Assembly (NCBI GenBank): GCA_027859205.1
Contig: JAQIBH010000040.1
Span: 1,825-65,824 of the forward strand
Source of the DNA: Bacteroidales bacterium
GTDB taxonomy: Bacteria > Bacteroidota > Bacteroidia > Bacteroidales > UBA12077
DNA length: 64,000 nucleotides
Direction of reading: 5' to 3'
How positions within the stretch are numbered: position 1 is the stretch's first letter; each line of letters opens with the position of its first letter. Positions 48,072-58,548 of the stretch are shown in pieces. The position numbers and the translations under genes were made by a program. The notes under the pieces were generated by a model that saw only the letters and a list, made by a program, of their open reading frames with translations, was not told where the DNA came from and did not search any database.

Positions 48072-49403
48072 TTAATTAATAAAAGATAAACTTTCATTTT
48101 TCATTGATTTTGGTTCGTAATAATCGAATAAATCGTAACTAGGCCAATCATCAACCGTAGATAATCCTTTAATCATAGTTTTATTAATTTGAACTGGAAA
48201 GCGAGCACCATATTTAGGAGTAGTGTTTATAATTAATACCCAACTTAATCCATTTTGTTCTCTTTTCAATAATGTAGAAGTACCTGATAAAGTTCCAGTA
48301 CGCCACCAAGATCCATTTTTATCGGTTCCTGTCCAACCAAATGGTCGAATTCTTTTAGTCGATTTTGTCATTTTTGCAATAGATTCAGAACTTAAAAGAT
48401 CGTCTCTAAAATTCAATCCGTCAATGGCAACTAAAAATTTCATAAGTTCAGCGGGAGTTGCCAGCCAACCACCAGCTGATCCAAGAGTTTCAATGGAATT
48501 CCCACCGTAATATTTTGGTACTCTTTCGCCAGTACCTAAACTTGATAATACCTTGCGTTCACCTTTAAGTCCGTAATACTTAACTTCATTTTCGAATCGA
48601 TCTTGTTCAAGAGATTTTCCGAGCCGCATATCGTAAATTCCTAAAGGATTTAATATTTGAGTTATAACGTAATCTTCATAAGAAGTTTTAGTCACTTCTT
48701 CGATTACTAAACCTAAAATTGCATAGCCAAGATTTGAATATGAAGATTTGTTACCTGGCGTATAATCTAATTTTGAATTTTGGAGTACATACTGGACAAT
48801 AGTTTCTTGTTTTAATGGTAATTCAACGTTCATTTTTCTGGCTATTGCCAAATTTAAAAACATTGGGTCACCTTTTTTGTTTGTCCAGCCAGGAGTATGG
48901 TTTAAAAGATTTTCTACAGTAATACTACATACTTTTTTATCTTTTATTTTGAGATATTCCTCATTATTTAAAATTCCAGATTCTCCAAAAACTGTATCAC
49001 TAAGATTAATTTTACCATCGTCAACAAGCTTCATTACTGCTGTTGCGGTTATTAATTTAGAAACACTTGCAATACGAAATAAATGTTTTGGTTCTACTGT
49101 CAAATCATTTTCCTTATCGGCATATCCAAAACCTTTTGCATATATTAGTCGCTCATCTTTTACAATAGCTACTGAAGCACCTACAACATTCCATTTTTGC
49201 ATAAAGATTTCGATCTGATGATCAAACTCTTGCATTGATTCATAGGCTGATAAATTATTTGATAATCTGAGAGAGATTGGTATTCTATCTTCTGAAGGAA
49301 ATATTTTTTCTGTTGTTGATTTATCAGAAAAACTAATCGCTATTTCTCCAAAATATACTAAAACAAATATTAAAGCTATTTTTAAAAATTTTATAAATTT
49401 CAT
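48072..49403 (-). CDS. Serine hydrolase of the beta-lactamase / PBP4*-like family
   Basis: FRIASVSKLITA (S-x-x-K), YSNLGY (Y-x-N). The signal/anchor begins at the ATG at 49403 (MKFIKFLKIALIF); the track ORF starts at an upstream TTG. Confidence 0.8.
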   Translation of the reverse strand: MKFIKFLKIALIFVLVYFGEIAISFSDKSTTEKIFPSEDRIPISLRLSNNLSAYESMQEFDHQIEIFMQKWNVVGASVAIVKDERLIYAKGFGYADKENDLTVEPKHLFRIASVSKLITATAVMKLVDDGKINLSDTVFGESGILNNEEYLKIKDKKVCSITVENLLNHTPGWTNKKGDPMFLNLAIARKMNVELPLKQETIVQYVLQNSKLDYTPGNKSSYSNLGYAILGLVIEEVTKTSYEDYVITQILNPLGIYDMRLGKSLEQDRFENEVKYYGLKGERKVLSSLGTGERVPKYYGGNSIETLGSAGGWLATPAELMKFLVAIDGLNFRDDLLSSESIAKMTKSTKRIRPFGWTGTDKNGSWWRTGTLSGTSTLLKREQNGLSWVLIINTTPKYGARFPVQINKTMIKGLSTVDDWPSYDLFDYYEPKSMKNESLSFIN

Positions 49404-49615
49404 AAATAAATAATTCGTTCCTACTAAAATCAACACCCTAAATAATAATCTATTGGTTAACTGTGTCTTATTTAAAATCAAATAAGCAAAAGGGTGCAAA
49501 TCTATACAATTATTTCAAACAACAACTATATCCAACAAAGGTTTTGATAAACACTAAAAAATTGATGATGAGTTTATTAACAATTTCAGAAGGAAATAAC
49601 TGGAAAGCATAAAGA

Positions 49616-49643
49616 AACCACTACTTTGCTAAAAATAGTGGTT
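49616..49643 (-). terminator. Terminator-like hairpin after the beta-barrel protein gene
   Basis: AACCACTA...TAGTGGTT stem ~25 nt downstream of the stop at 49667, followed by a T-rich run on the minus strand. Confidence 0.45.
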
Positions 49644-49666
49644 GTTGAAAACTTTTAACTAATATT

Positions 49667-50308
49667 TTAGAAGAAATATCCTAAGGAAACTACGGTTTGA
49701 CTACTTCTTGAATCAAAATCAAATGATTGACCCCCAATATTCACACCATCAGCTAATTTGCTAAGGCTTCCTTCGTATTTCACATCTATTGTAAGTTTTT
49801 TACCAACATCTAAACCTAATCCGACCTGGTAACCCCAAGTTGCTCCATTAAATTCTTCTTCGTAATTACTGTAATCTTCTAAAATAGATTTATTGCTTAC
49901 AACAATACTTGCAATTGGCCCCGCTTGTAGACGTAAAGGTCCTATTTTATAGCCAAGCATAATTGGAATATCAATTTTATTAAATTGTTGGTCTTCAATT
50001 GTAGTTATTGGGTCGCCTGTTGTATATTCTGTAACCTCAACTTCACCTCCGGTTGATGTAAATAGCAATTCAGGCTGTACGTATAATTTAAGAATTGTTA
50101 TGCGTGCCATTACACCACCCTGGATACCCACTTTTGAGTTAGCTCCCTTTACTAATAAATTATTCAAGCCTGTATCATCAACAACTATTAAATCATCTAC
50201 AGTAATACTTGTCGAAGTTATTCCGGCTTTTAATCCAAATTTAATTTGCGCATTAGAAACCATTGTAAACGGTATAACTAACAGTGCAATTAATATTATT
50301 CGTTTCAT
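49667..50308 (-). CDS. Small outer-membrane beta-barrel (porin-family/OprF-N-like) protein
   Basis: Signal peptide, alternating hydrophobic beta-strands, C-terminal ...VVSLGYFF. Confidence 0.6.
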   Translation of the reverse strand: MKRIILIALLVIPFTMVSNAQIKFGLKAGITSTSITVDDLIVVDDTGLNNLLVKGANSKVGIQGGVMARITILKLYVQPELLFTSTGGEVEVTEYTTGDPITTIEDQQFNKIDIPIMLGYKIGPLRLQAGPIASIVVSNKSILEDYSNYEEEFNGATWGYQVGLGLDVGKKLTIDVKYEGSLSKLADGVNIGGQSFDFDSRSSQTVVSLGYFF

Positions 50309-50459
50309 ATTTTTAAATTTTTAGTTTGTGCATTGTTATTTTCAAAAACCATTCCAAAGTCTATTTCCAATAATTTGTAAAAATAAGGAATCTCTTTAAA
50401 TCAATAAAAAAGGGTAAAGAAAATATTTCCTCACCCAATTAGATCTATATCTTTATTTA

Positions 50460-50945
50460 TTAATGAACGTGTCCGTGATCGATTTCTTCTTTTGATGCGT
50501 CTCTAACTTCAACTACAACACCAGCAAAATGTAAATCATCGCCTGCTAAAGGGTGATTAAAGTCCATTTTAACGTTTTCGTCGCCAACTTCCATTATTAC
50601 ACCATTAAACTTATTCCCGTCGTCATTTTGCATTGGAATAACATTACCTTCTGCTAAAAGTCCCTCTTCGACTTTACCTTCAACTTCGAAAATATTCTTT
50701 GGTAAATCCATTACAGCCTCTTCAGTTGCTTTTCCGTAAGCATCTTCACATTTTAATAAGAATTCAAATTTATCTTTTGCTTTTAAATCCTTTAAATGTT
50801 CTTCGAATTTTGGAAGCATTGTTCCTGCTCCATATAAAAATACAAATGGTTTATCAACTTTAACTGACTCTACAACATCACCTTTATTATTATCAACTCT
50901 TAATTCATAAGTTAAGGTAACTACTTTTTCATTTGAAATTGTCAT
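50460..50945 (-). CDS. slyD: FKBP-type peptidyl-prolyl isomerase (SlyD-like)
   Basis: VVTLTYELRVD...FVFLYGAGTMLPKFEEHL...DFNHPLAGDDLHFAGVVVEVR, with a His-containing tail. Confidence 0.85.
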   Translation of the reverse strand: MTISNEKVVTLTYELRVDNNKGDVVESVKVDKPFVFLYGAGTMLPKFEEHLKDLKAKDKFEFLLKCEDAYGKATEEAVMDLPKNIFEVEGKVEEGLLAEGNVIPMQNDDGNKFNGVIMEVGDENVKMDFNHPLAGDDLHFAGVVVEVRDASKEEIDHGHVH

Positions 50946-51101
50946 AAATATTTATTTAAAAATTAATAATTGTAGCAAAGAAAGATTTTAATTTTTAAAA
51001 TACCAAAAAATATTGTTTTAATAATGCTTAATTTATATGTATTTTACAATTATTTAAGTGAAAAATATTTGTAGTTTTATTTGATCTTTTAATCTGTGGT
51101 T

Positions 51102-52193
51102 ATGGAGAAAGTGATTCTAAAAAAATTCAATAAGCTAATTATATATTACTTTTCAGGTACAGGAAATGCCAGAAACGTGGCTTACTGGATTGAAAATATT
51201 GCAATTAATAATAATATTGAAGCTCAAATAATTGATATAAGTAAACTTAAAAGTAGGAAAAGCTTAAAAATTCATGAAACTGCTTTAATTGGATTTTGTT
51301 CTCCAACCCACGGTTTCAACTTCCCACCTATAATGTTTCATTTTCTTCTAAGATTTCCCAAATCAAAACTAGTTGGTACTGCGGTTGCAGAAAATAAAGT
51401 TTTTATAATAAACACGCGCGCTGGACTAAAAGCCGGAAAATATTTTTTGCCAGGACTAGGTGGAATGGCACAATATTTTTCTGCCTTGATTCTATTATTA
51501 AAAGGATGTAAAATAGTTGGAATTCATCCTATTGACTTGCCTTCGAATTGGATTTCATTTCATCCAGGTGTAAAACCCAATGTTGTTGATTCTATTTATA
51601 AAAAAAGAAAGAGGGAGACTGAAAGATTTGCTTCAAAAGTAATAAATGGAGGAAAAGATCTTAGGGGATTAAAAACTATACTAATAGATGTATTAATTTC
51701 ACCTATAGCGTTTTTATATTACATTATAGGCCGATTTATATTGGCTAAATCATTTTATGCATCTAAAGATTGTACCAACTGCAATATTTGCATTCAAAAA
51801 TGCCCAATTCATGCAATAAAAACAATTGATAATCGTCCTTTTTGGACTTATAAATGTGAAAGTTGTATGCAATGTATGAATATATGTCCTGAACGAGCCA
51901 TTGAAGCAGCACATGGTTATTTGTTTGCTATTTACTATTTAATAACTTCTGTACTAATTGTCAAGATTTATAAGTTATTAAATATAAGTGAGTATTTGAA
52001 CAATATATTCCCAAGTTGGCTGAATAATGTTTTTAGTTTCATTATTGATACTTCGCTTCTTCTTTTCTTGTTTTTTGTTTTTTATAGAATCTTTCATTAT
52101 TTATTACGCTATCGTTTGTTTGAAAGAATAATTGTATTTACATCACTTACAAAATTTAAATTTTGGAGAAGATATAAATCACCTAAATATTAA
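51102..52193 (+). CDS. EFR1-like flavodoxin-fold + 2x[4Fe-4S] ferredoxin-domain membrane protein
   Basis: IIYYFSGTGNARNVA (flavodoxin-like), CTNCNICIQKCP and CESCMQCMNICP clusters, and hydrophobic C-terminal helices. Confidence 0.7.
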   Translation: MEKVILKKFNKLIIYYFSGTGNARNVAYWIENIAINNNIEAQIIDISKLKSRKSLKIHETALIGFCSPTHGFNFPPIMFHFLLRFPKSKLVGTAVAENKVFIINTRAGLKAGKYFLPGLGGMAQYFSALILLLKGCKIVGIHPIDLPSNWISFHPGVKPNVVDSIYKKRKRETERFASKVINGGKDLRGLKTILIDVLISPIAFLYYIIGRFILAKSFYASKDCTNCNICIQKCPIHAIKTIDNRPFWTYKCESCMQCMNICPERAIEAAHGYLFAIYYLITSVLIVKIYKLLNISEYLNNIFPSWLNNVFSFIIDTSLLLFLFFVFYRIFHYLLRYRLFERIIVFTSLTKFKFWRRYKSPKY

Positions 52194-52272
52194 CATTCAT
52201 AAATCTTTGAATGCAGTTTATAAAGTTTTTGTAACTAATATAAAATTAAACAGTATATTTTAATAAAAAAAT

Positions 52273-52554
52273 ATGCAAAAGAAGAATTGTTGGGAGTTTA
52301 TGGAGTGTGGCAGAGAACCTGGAGGTAAAAATGTTGAAAAATCCGGAATTTGTCCCGTTTCCACAAGTATTTCACATGATTCAATTAATTCCGGTAAAAA
52401 TGCAGGAAGATTCTGTTGGACCGTTGCAGGAACTTTTTGCGATGGTACTCCTTCCGGAACATACTCAGAAAAATTGCTTAGTTGTTTAAATTGTAAATTT
52501 TTGAAACATGTAAATAATCAAGAAAATAGAGATTTCACACTGAATCCTGATTAA
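52273..52554 (+). CDS. Small cysteine-rich 'two-CW'-type protein (93 aa)
   Basis: NCWEFMECGREPGG...GICPV...GRFCWTVAGTFCDG...CLNCKF: two C-W motifs plus additional Cys pairs. Confidence 0.6.
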   Translation: MQKKNCWEFMECGREPGGKNVEKSGICPVSTSISHDSINSGKNAGRFCWTVAGTFCDGTPSGTYSEKLLSCLNCKFLKHVNNQENRDFTLNPD

Positions 52555-52560
52555 AAAAAA

Positions 52561-52899
52561 GCAGTAGGCCTATAAGCCGGGTTCTGTTCCACAACGAATT
52601 ATGGTTCTCATCATTTATCTAAGCAACCTACCCCCCGACATTGAACGAGTAGCTCTTAATTGTCGGTATACATGGTCTTGCAACCCAAAAGACAGACAGC
52701 ATTCGATATTGCTACCGAAACTGGTGAGCTCTTACCTCACCTTCTCACCCTTACTTTAACGAATTAAAGCGGTAATTTTCTTCTCTGTTACTATACTCTC
52801 ACGAACATCTCTCATTTCGAGAGTTTGGTACTCTTTGTTGTCCGGACTTTCCTCTTCACCTGATAGATATCGGGAGAAGCGATGAAACAGCCTACTACA
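52561..52899 (-). ncRNA. rnpB: RNase P RNA, bacterial type A
   Basis: The minus strand reads GTAGTAGGCTG...GAGGAAAGTCCGGACA...GTAAGGGTGAGAAGGTGAGGTAAGAGCTCACC...GGGTAGGTTGCTTAGA...ACAGAACCCGGCTTATAGGCCTACTGC. The universal GAGGAAAGUCCGG and ACAGAACCCGGCUUA blocks are present, and the 5' and 3' ends pair as P1. Confidence 0.92.
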
Positions 52900-53076
52900 A
52901 TGCAAATTTATATCTTAATTTTCAACTTACAATAATGAACTTCAAACAATGTGGCTTTCTTTATGCTTCGACATCCCGATAATTATCGGGACAGCATGAC
53001 AAGATTTTAAAATAATTAATACGAAATATAAGATATTAACTTTTTAGTATTTGTACTCTGTACTCAATACTTTGTA

Positions 53077-54132
53077 CTATTTGATAATTACCATTGTTGC
53101 TCCGTATCCATATTCTTTAAATGAAGCATCTTGATATTTTAATTTAGGGTACTTGCGATCAAGCGTTTTTGAAACTTCGTGTTTTAATCTACCATTTCCT
53201 ATTCCATGAATAAAAACCATTTTTCGTGTTCCTGCAATTATTCCGCCTTCCAAAGTAGTTGTAAAGCGACTCATTTGAATATCTAAAATTTCGCTATTAG
53301 ATAATTTACTGTGGTCATCAACTAATTCATGGATATGTAAGTCTACTTCTTCAATTTCTTGATTACTACCACTCTTACTGCTCTTAAGTCTTTTCCTAGG
53401 TTCTTTTATATCTTTTTCTTTTTTAGATTTCTCAATATCTGAATCAGAAATATGATCGGCTAAATTAATTTCTTCAGAAGTAAGTGTATAAATAAACGCA
53501 TTTTCGTGAAAAAAATCATTCTCGGTAAATGCTGATTGCTTAAAAAATCTAGCAGGTTTTACATTCCATGTTTTATTTACCGGAGAAAGTAAGAAATAGT
53601 TACCTTTCCTAAAAAATAGCAATTGAAAGTTAATTTCTTCAAAATTATTAAGATTTTCTCTCTTTATGGTTTCTAAAATAACCTTGGTATTATCTTCTAA
53701 AGTACCATAAGCAAATAATGATTGAAATTTATCTTCTGCTTTCGATATAGCATAAGAAACTCTGAAATTACTATCGTTAATTAAATATACCCCCAAATCG
53801 GAATTTACCATATCATTTTGGTTCTTAGGTACTAATGCAAAAAACACTTTTGCCTCAGTATCAGTATTTAGTCCATCTTCTTCTAAATCATCTTCTTCAA
53901 TAATTATTTTTTGAGGCTTTGATGATTCATTATTATTTCCAGAACTTTGCTCATTGTTTTTGTTAAATGTATAATCACCTTCAATTTTTAAAAGTTCGCT
54001 TATTAAAACAGGAATTTCAAAGCCATCTTCATTTAATACAAGCGCTATTTTTTCATCTTGAAACTTAACAATTGTACCTTGCCCCACATCATTCAAAAAC
54101 TTTACTTGATCCCCTTTTCTGAAATTCATCAT
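53077..54132 (-). CDS. Smr-domain protein (DUF2027 + C-terminal Smr/MutS2-like nuclease domain)
   Basis: C-terminal VDLHIHEL...MVFIHGIGNGRLKHEV... fits the Smr pattern. The N-terminal KOW-like opening is FRKGDQVKFLNDVGQGTIV. Confidence 0.75.
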   Translation of the reverse strand: MMNFRKGDQVKFLNDVGQGTIVKFQDEKIALVLNEDGFEIPVLISELLKIEGDYTFNKNNEQSSGNNNESSKPQKIIIEEDDLEEDGLNTDTEAKVFFALVPKNQNDMVNSDLGVYLINDSNFRVSYAISKAEDKFQSLFAYGTLEDNTKVILETIKRENLNNFEEINFQLLFFRKGNYFLLSPVNKTWNVKPARFFKQSAFTENDFFHENAFIYTLTSEEINLADHISDSDIEKSKKEKDIKEPRKRLKSSKSGSNQEIEEVDLHIHELVDDHSKLSNSEILDIQMSRFTTTLEGGIIAGTRKMVFIHGIGNGRLKHEVSKTLDRKYPKLKYQDASFKEYGYGATMVIIK

Positions 54133-54192
54133 TTTATATTTTAATTATAATCACGCAAAATTAGTTATTTTTGCACTCTCAAACAGTAAAAG

Positions 54193-55407
54193 ATGAACAT
54201 AAATCCCGAAAATATAAAAATTGAAGATTATAGTTATAATTTGCCCAATGACCGTATTGCAAAATATCCTTTGAAACAAAGAGATCAATCACAGTTATTG
54301 ATTTACAATCAAGGAAATATTACAAGTGATCAATTCATTAATATTGAGCAGTACATCGGTTCAGAAACTACTTGTGTTTTTAATAATACCAAGGTAATTC
54401 AGGCGCGATTAAAATTTCAGAAAGAAACCGGAGCACAGATTGAAATTTTTTGCCTTGAACCTATTGAACCCGCGGATTATGTGATTGCGTTTCAGCAAAC
54501 CGAAAGAATTAAATGGAAATGTATTGTTGGAAATCTTAAAAAATGGAAAGATCATAATTTAAAGAAAATAATTACAATTATTGATACAGAAATTGAGCTT
54601 AACGCTTCAAAAATATCGAGTGAAGGAAATGCGCAAATAATAGAATTTACTTGGTGTAATAATAAATATACGTTCAGCGAAATACTTGAAAATATTGGTC
54701 TTACTCCTATCCCACCATATTTAAATCGCGAATCGGAAGACCTTGATAAAGACAGATACCAAACTATTTATTCAAAACTTAAAGGATCGGTTGCTGCACC
54801 AACAGCAGGATTACACTTTACAGAAACAGTATTATCTAAATTCAGAGATAAACAAATAAAATTTGAAGAAATTACACTACATGTTGGAGCAGGGACTTTT
54901 AAACCTGTTACATCGGAAACTATTGCTGAGCACGAAATGCACACAGAGCATTTTGTAGTAACAAAAGAATCGATTATAAATTTTATAAAATCAAAAAAGA
55001 TTGTTGCCATTGGTACAACTTCGGTTAGAACACTTGAAAGTTTATATTGGCTCGGAGTTAAATTATTACAAAATAAATATTTCGATTCTCACATATCGCA
55101 ATGGGAAGCTTATAAAATAGCAAGTGATATTAATAAAACAGATTCATTAAATGCTTTAATAGATTATATGGCCAATAATGATATTAATGAACTTCATGCA
55201 TCAACACAAATAATGATTTACCCTGGCTACATTTTTAAAATGGTTGATATACTTATTACAAATTTTCATCAACCTAATAGTACTTTATTGTTATTAATAG
55301 CAGCTTTTATTGGTAAAGACTGGAATAAAGTTTACGATTTTGCATTAACAAATAATTTCAGGTTTTTAAGTTATGGGGATAGTTCGTTATTAATGCCTAG
55401 AGTTTAA
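54193..55407 (+). CDS. queA: S-adenosylmethionine:tRNA ribosyltransferase-isomerase
   Basis: YSYNLPNDRIAKYPL, IPPYLNR, VAAPTAGLHFT, GTTSVRTLES, NFHQPNSTLL. Confidence 0.92.
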   Translation: MNINPENIKIEDYSYNLPNDRIAKYPLKQRDQSQLLIYNQGNITSDQFINIEQYIGSETTCVFNNTKVIQARLKFQKETGAQIEIFCLEPIEPADYVIAFQQTERIKWKCIVGNLKKWKDHNLKKIITIIDTEIELNASKISSEGNAQIIEFTWCNNKYTFSEILENIGLTPIPPYLNRESEDLDKDRYQTIYSKLKGSVAAPTAGLHFTETVLSKFRDKQIKFEEITLHVGAGTFKPVTSETIAEHEMHTEHFVVTKESIINFIKSKKIVAIGTTSVRTLESLYWLGVKLLQNKYFDSHISQWEAYKIASDINKTDSLNALIDYMANNDINELHASTQIMIYPGYIFKMVDILITNFHQPNSTLLLLIAAFIGKDWNKVYDFALTNNFRFLSYGDSSLLMPRV

Positions 55408-55575
55408 AAATGGTTAAAATGCCTAAAGTTATTTTTGAATTATTAATTCAAATTAAAGAATTAGTTACTTACGAATAGCACTATCGCTAATTAATTCAAA
55501 AACAATTCTCAACTCACTCAAATCTGAATTATAGGAATATCTCGTCCATTTAAGCTAACTTTGTGTTTACTTATC

Positions 55576-57447
55576 ATGCAAGAAAATAAGCCTACATATA
55601 GAATAAATGATTATTTGCCTACAACCAAAAAAGAAGTAGTTGCAAGAGGCTGGGATGAATTAGATGTTATTCTTTTTAGTGGTGATGCGTATGTTGATCA
55701 TCCATCATTTGGACCCGCAGTAATAGGACGGCTTTTAGAATCTCATAATTTGAAAGTAGCAATTGTTCCCCAACCGAATTGGCAGGACGATTTGCGTGAT
55801 TTCAAAAAGCTTGGTAAACCTCGATTATTTTTTGCTGTAACAGCCGGATGTATGGACTCCATGGTAAATCATTATACGGCAAATAAACGTTTACGGTCGA
55901 ATGATGCATATACTCCTGGTGGTAAAGCTGGATTTAGACCCGATTACGCTACCATTACGTATTCAAATATATTAAAGGATTTATTTCCAGAAGTCCCTAT
56001 TGTTATTGGTGGTGTGGAAGCCTCGCTTCGTAGATTAACACATTACGATTATTGGTCGGATAAACTAAAACCAGGAATTCTGGAAGATAGCAAGGCTGAT
56101 TTACTTATTTATGGAATGGGTGAAAAGCCCTTAGGAATGTTGATTAAATTATTAGAAAAAGGTGTTTCATTTAATACTATTCGAAATATTCCGCAAACAG
56201 CATTTAATAAAATTGATAAAATTGATTTAGAAATAGAAGGATGGGAAGATTTTTATTTACAAAGTCACGATGATTGTGTTAATGATAAAGTCAAATATGC
56301 AGAAAACTTTAAAGTAATTGAAGAAGAATCGAATAGCTTTAAGAGTGCGAAGAGATTAATACAAAAAGTTGGGCAAAAATCAATTGTTGTAAATCCCCCT
56401 TTTGAACCACTTACTGAACACGAAATTGATGCAGTTTATGATTTGCCTTTTACAAGAATACCGCATCCTAAATACGCTAAAAAAGGGTCGATTCCCGCAT
56501 ATGAAATGATAAGACATTCGATCACTTTGCATCGTGGTTGTTTTGGAGCTTGCTCCTTTTGCACCATATCCGCTCATCAAGGTAAATTTATTAATAGCAG
56601 ATCTGAGAAATCAATTTTAAAGGAAGTGGATAAAGTTACTGAAATGCACGATTTTAGAGGCTATATTTCGGATCTGGGAGGTCCTTCTGCTAACATGTAT
56701 AAGATGCAAGGCATTGATCTTGATATATGTAAGAAATGCAAAAGAGCCTCATGTTTGCATCCAAATGTTTGTAAAAATTTAAATACAAATCCGAAACCAT
56801 TAACACAAATTTACAAGAAGGTACAGAACCATAATAAGATAAAAAAAGCTTTTGTTGGAAGTGGCATTCGTTACGATTTATTTATGCATAAGCTTAATAC
56901 ACCTGAATATGCAGAATATGCTGATGAATTAATTAAAAACCATATTTCGGGACGATTAAAGATTGCACCTGAACATACCGCTAAGGATGTTTTAGATATT
57001 ATGCGAAAGCCAGATTTTGCAATGTTTCACGAATTCAAAAAACTATTTGATCAAATAAATAAAAAACATCAATTAAATCAACAATTAATTCCATATTTTA
57101 TTTCGAGTCATCCCGGATGCAATAATATTCATATGGCAGAACTAGCCGTAGAAACTAAAATGATGAGTTTTCAATTGGAACAAGTACAGGACTTTACTCC
57201 CACTCCAATGACGCTTGCTACTGTTATGTATTATTCAGGAATTAATCCTTATACCATGGAAAAAATTTCTGTAGCTCGTGGAAAGGATGCAAAATTATCG
57301 CAACGCAAATTCTTCTTTTGGTATAAAAAAGAGTTTAGAAATGAAATTATTTCTGAACTCCGAAAGAATGATAGAGAGGATTTAATTGACAAACTTTTTG
57401 GAAAAATAAGTCATAAAAAAACTTCCAAATACAATAAAAGAAGATAA
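55576..57447 (+). CDS. ygiQ: YgiQ-family (UPF0313) radical SAM protein
   Basis: ILFSGDAYVDHPSFG at the N-terminus, HRGCFGACSFCTI cluster, ~620 aa with a basic tail. The ATG at 55576 is preferred. Confidence 0.85.
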   Translation: MQENKPTYRINDYLPTTKKEVVARGWDELDVILFSGDAYVDHPSFGPAVIGRLLESHNLKVAIVPQPNWQDDLRDFKKLGKPRLFFAVTAGCMDSMVNHYTANKRLRSNDAYTPGGKAGFRPDYATITYSNILKDLFPEVPIVIGGVEASLRRLTHYDYWSDKLKPGILEDSKADLLIYGMGEKPLGMLIKLLEKGVSFNTIRNIPQTAFNKIDKIDLEIEGWEDFYLQSHDDCVNDKVKYAENFKVIEEESNSFKSAKRLIQKVGQKSIVVNPPFEPLTEHEIDAVYDLPFTRIPHPKYAKKGSIPAYEMIRHSITLHRGCFGACSFCTISAHQGKFINSRSEKSILKEVDKVTEMHDFRGYISDLGGPSANMYKMQGIDLDICKKCKRASCLHPNVCKNLNTNPKPLTQIYKKVQNHNKIKKAFVGSGIRYDLFMHKLNTPEYAEYADELIKNHISGRLKIAPEHTAKDVLDIMRKPDFAMFHEFKKLFDQINKKHQLNQQLIPYFISSHPGCNNIHMAELAVETKMMSFQLEQVQDFTPTPMTLATVMYYSGINPYTMEKISVARGKDAKLSQRKFFFWYKKEFRNEIISELRKNDREDLIDKLFGKISHKKTSKYNKRR

Positions 57448-57612
57448 TAAGTCACTAACTAAGAGTTATTTTTTACTGTATTATAATAGTATTCGCAAGT
57501 GACTTTTTTACCTTATTAATCAATTAATAACTATAAATTCTAAACATTAAAATAATCAAAATACGACTATTAACGTATTATTATCACAAAATATTCGATT
57601 ACTTTTGCTTAT

Positions 57613-58548
57613 ATGTTAATTCAGGTAGCACTTATATTATCGGTCGTTTTACAATTTGGAGCTTCCATACTTGCGATTGGACTGATCAGAAAAACAAGAT
57701 TTAATATCTCATGGATATTGATATCTACAGGTTTCTTTCTGATGGCATTTCGTAGGTTATATGAACTCATTGAATTAATAGGAGATAATTATCATCATGA
57801 AACAGCTATAAGTAGTTGGGCAGCAGTTCTGATTTCGCTGTTAATATTTATTGGTACAATTTATATTCGTAGAATATTTAATTTTCAGGAAAGAATAAAT
57901 AATCTGCGTAAAAAAAATGAAGCATACGTTCTTTCAGCAATTATCAGAGCAGAAGAAAAAGAACGACAGGAATTCTCAAAAGAACTGCATGATGGATTAG
58001 GACCAGTTTTATCATCTATAAAAATGGCGATTTCGGCAATAAATAAAGCAGTTTTAAAAGATCATAATAAGAAAATAATTAATAAAACCGAACAAATAAT
58101 TGACGAAGCAATAATTACTGTAAAAGAGATTTCAAATAAACTCAATCCACATATTTTAGAAAATTTTGGACTTGAAAAGGCTATTAAATCATTTATGAAA
58201 ACCCTTATTATTGGAAAAGAATCTGAAATAAAGTTCCTTTCTAATACAAATGGAAAACGTTATGATTATAATACTGAAGTGATAATTTATAGAATTGTGG
58301 GAGAATTACTCACAAATACTTTAAAACATGCTTCAGCAACAAGCATAGATATTTCTCTACACGATTATGAAAGTAAACTAGAGTTATTCTATTCAGATAA
58401 TGGAATTGGATTTGACATAAACAGAAAAACAGATCAGGGAATGGGTTTATCAAATATCCGATCTCGGGTTAAATCGATTGATGGAAAATTAGAAATAAAA
58501 AGTAAACCTAAAAAGGGATTATTTATTAAATTAAATGTTCCGATATGA
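57613..58548 (+). CDS. NarL/DesK-type sensor histidine kinase (HisKA_3)
   Basis: Three N-terminal TM helices, H-box ERQEFSKELHDGLGP, and ATPase boxes (TNTLKHA, DNGIGF, GMGLSN). Confidence 0.85.
   Translation: MLIQVALILSVVLQFGASILAIGLIRKTRFNISWILISTGFFLMAFRRLYELIELIGDNYHHETAISSWAAVLISLLIFIGTIYIRRIFNFQERINNLRKKNEAYVLSAIIRAEEKERQEFSKELHDGLGPVLSSIKMAISAINKAVLKDHNKKIINKTEQIIDEAIITVKEISNKLNPHILENFGLEKAIKSFMKTLIIGKESEIKFLSNTNGKRYDYNTEVIIYRIVGELLTNTLKHASATSIDISLHDYESKLELFYSDNGIGFDINRKTDQGMGLSNIRSRVKSIDGKLEIKSKPKKGLFIKLNVPI

Noticed and set aside
52796-52807. A 12-nt identity (CTCTCACGAACA) between the H4 element core and the antisense of rnpB
   Set aside because: It falls in a region of RNase P RNA whose sequence is explained by its own conserved structure (next to the CTCTC-GAAAT-GAGAG hairpin). 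A single short match cannot be evaluated without genome-wide statistics.
41105-53076. Short iterated GTATTGAG / GTACT motifs just 3' of kdsA (41105-41128) and of the Smr gene (53041-53076)
   Set aside because: There are only two loci, the shared core is about 9 nt, and there is no clear structure. This is too weak to call a repeat family.
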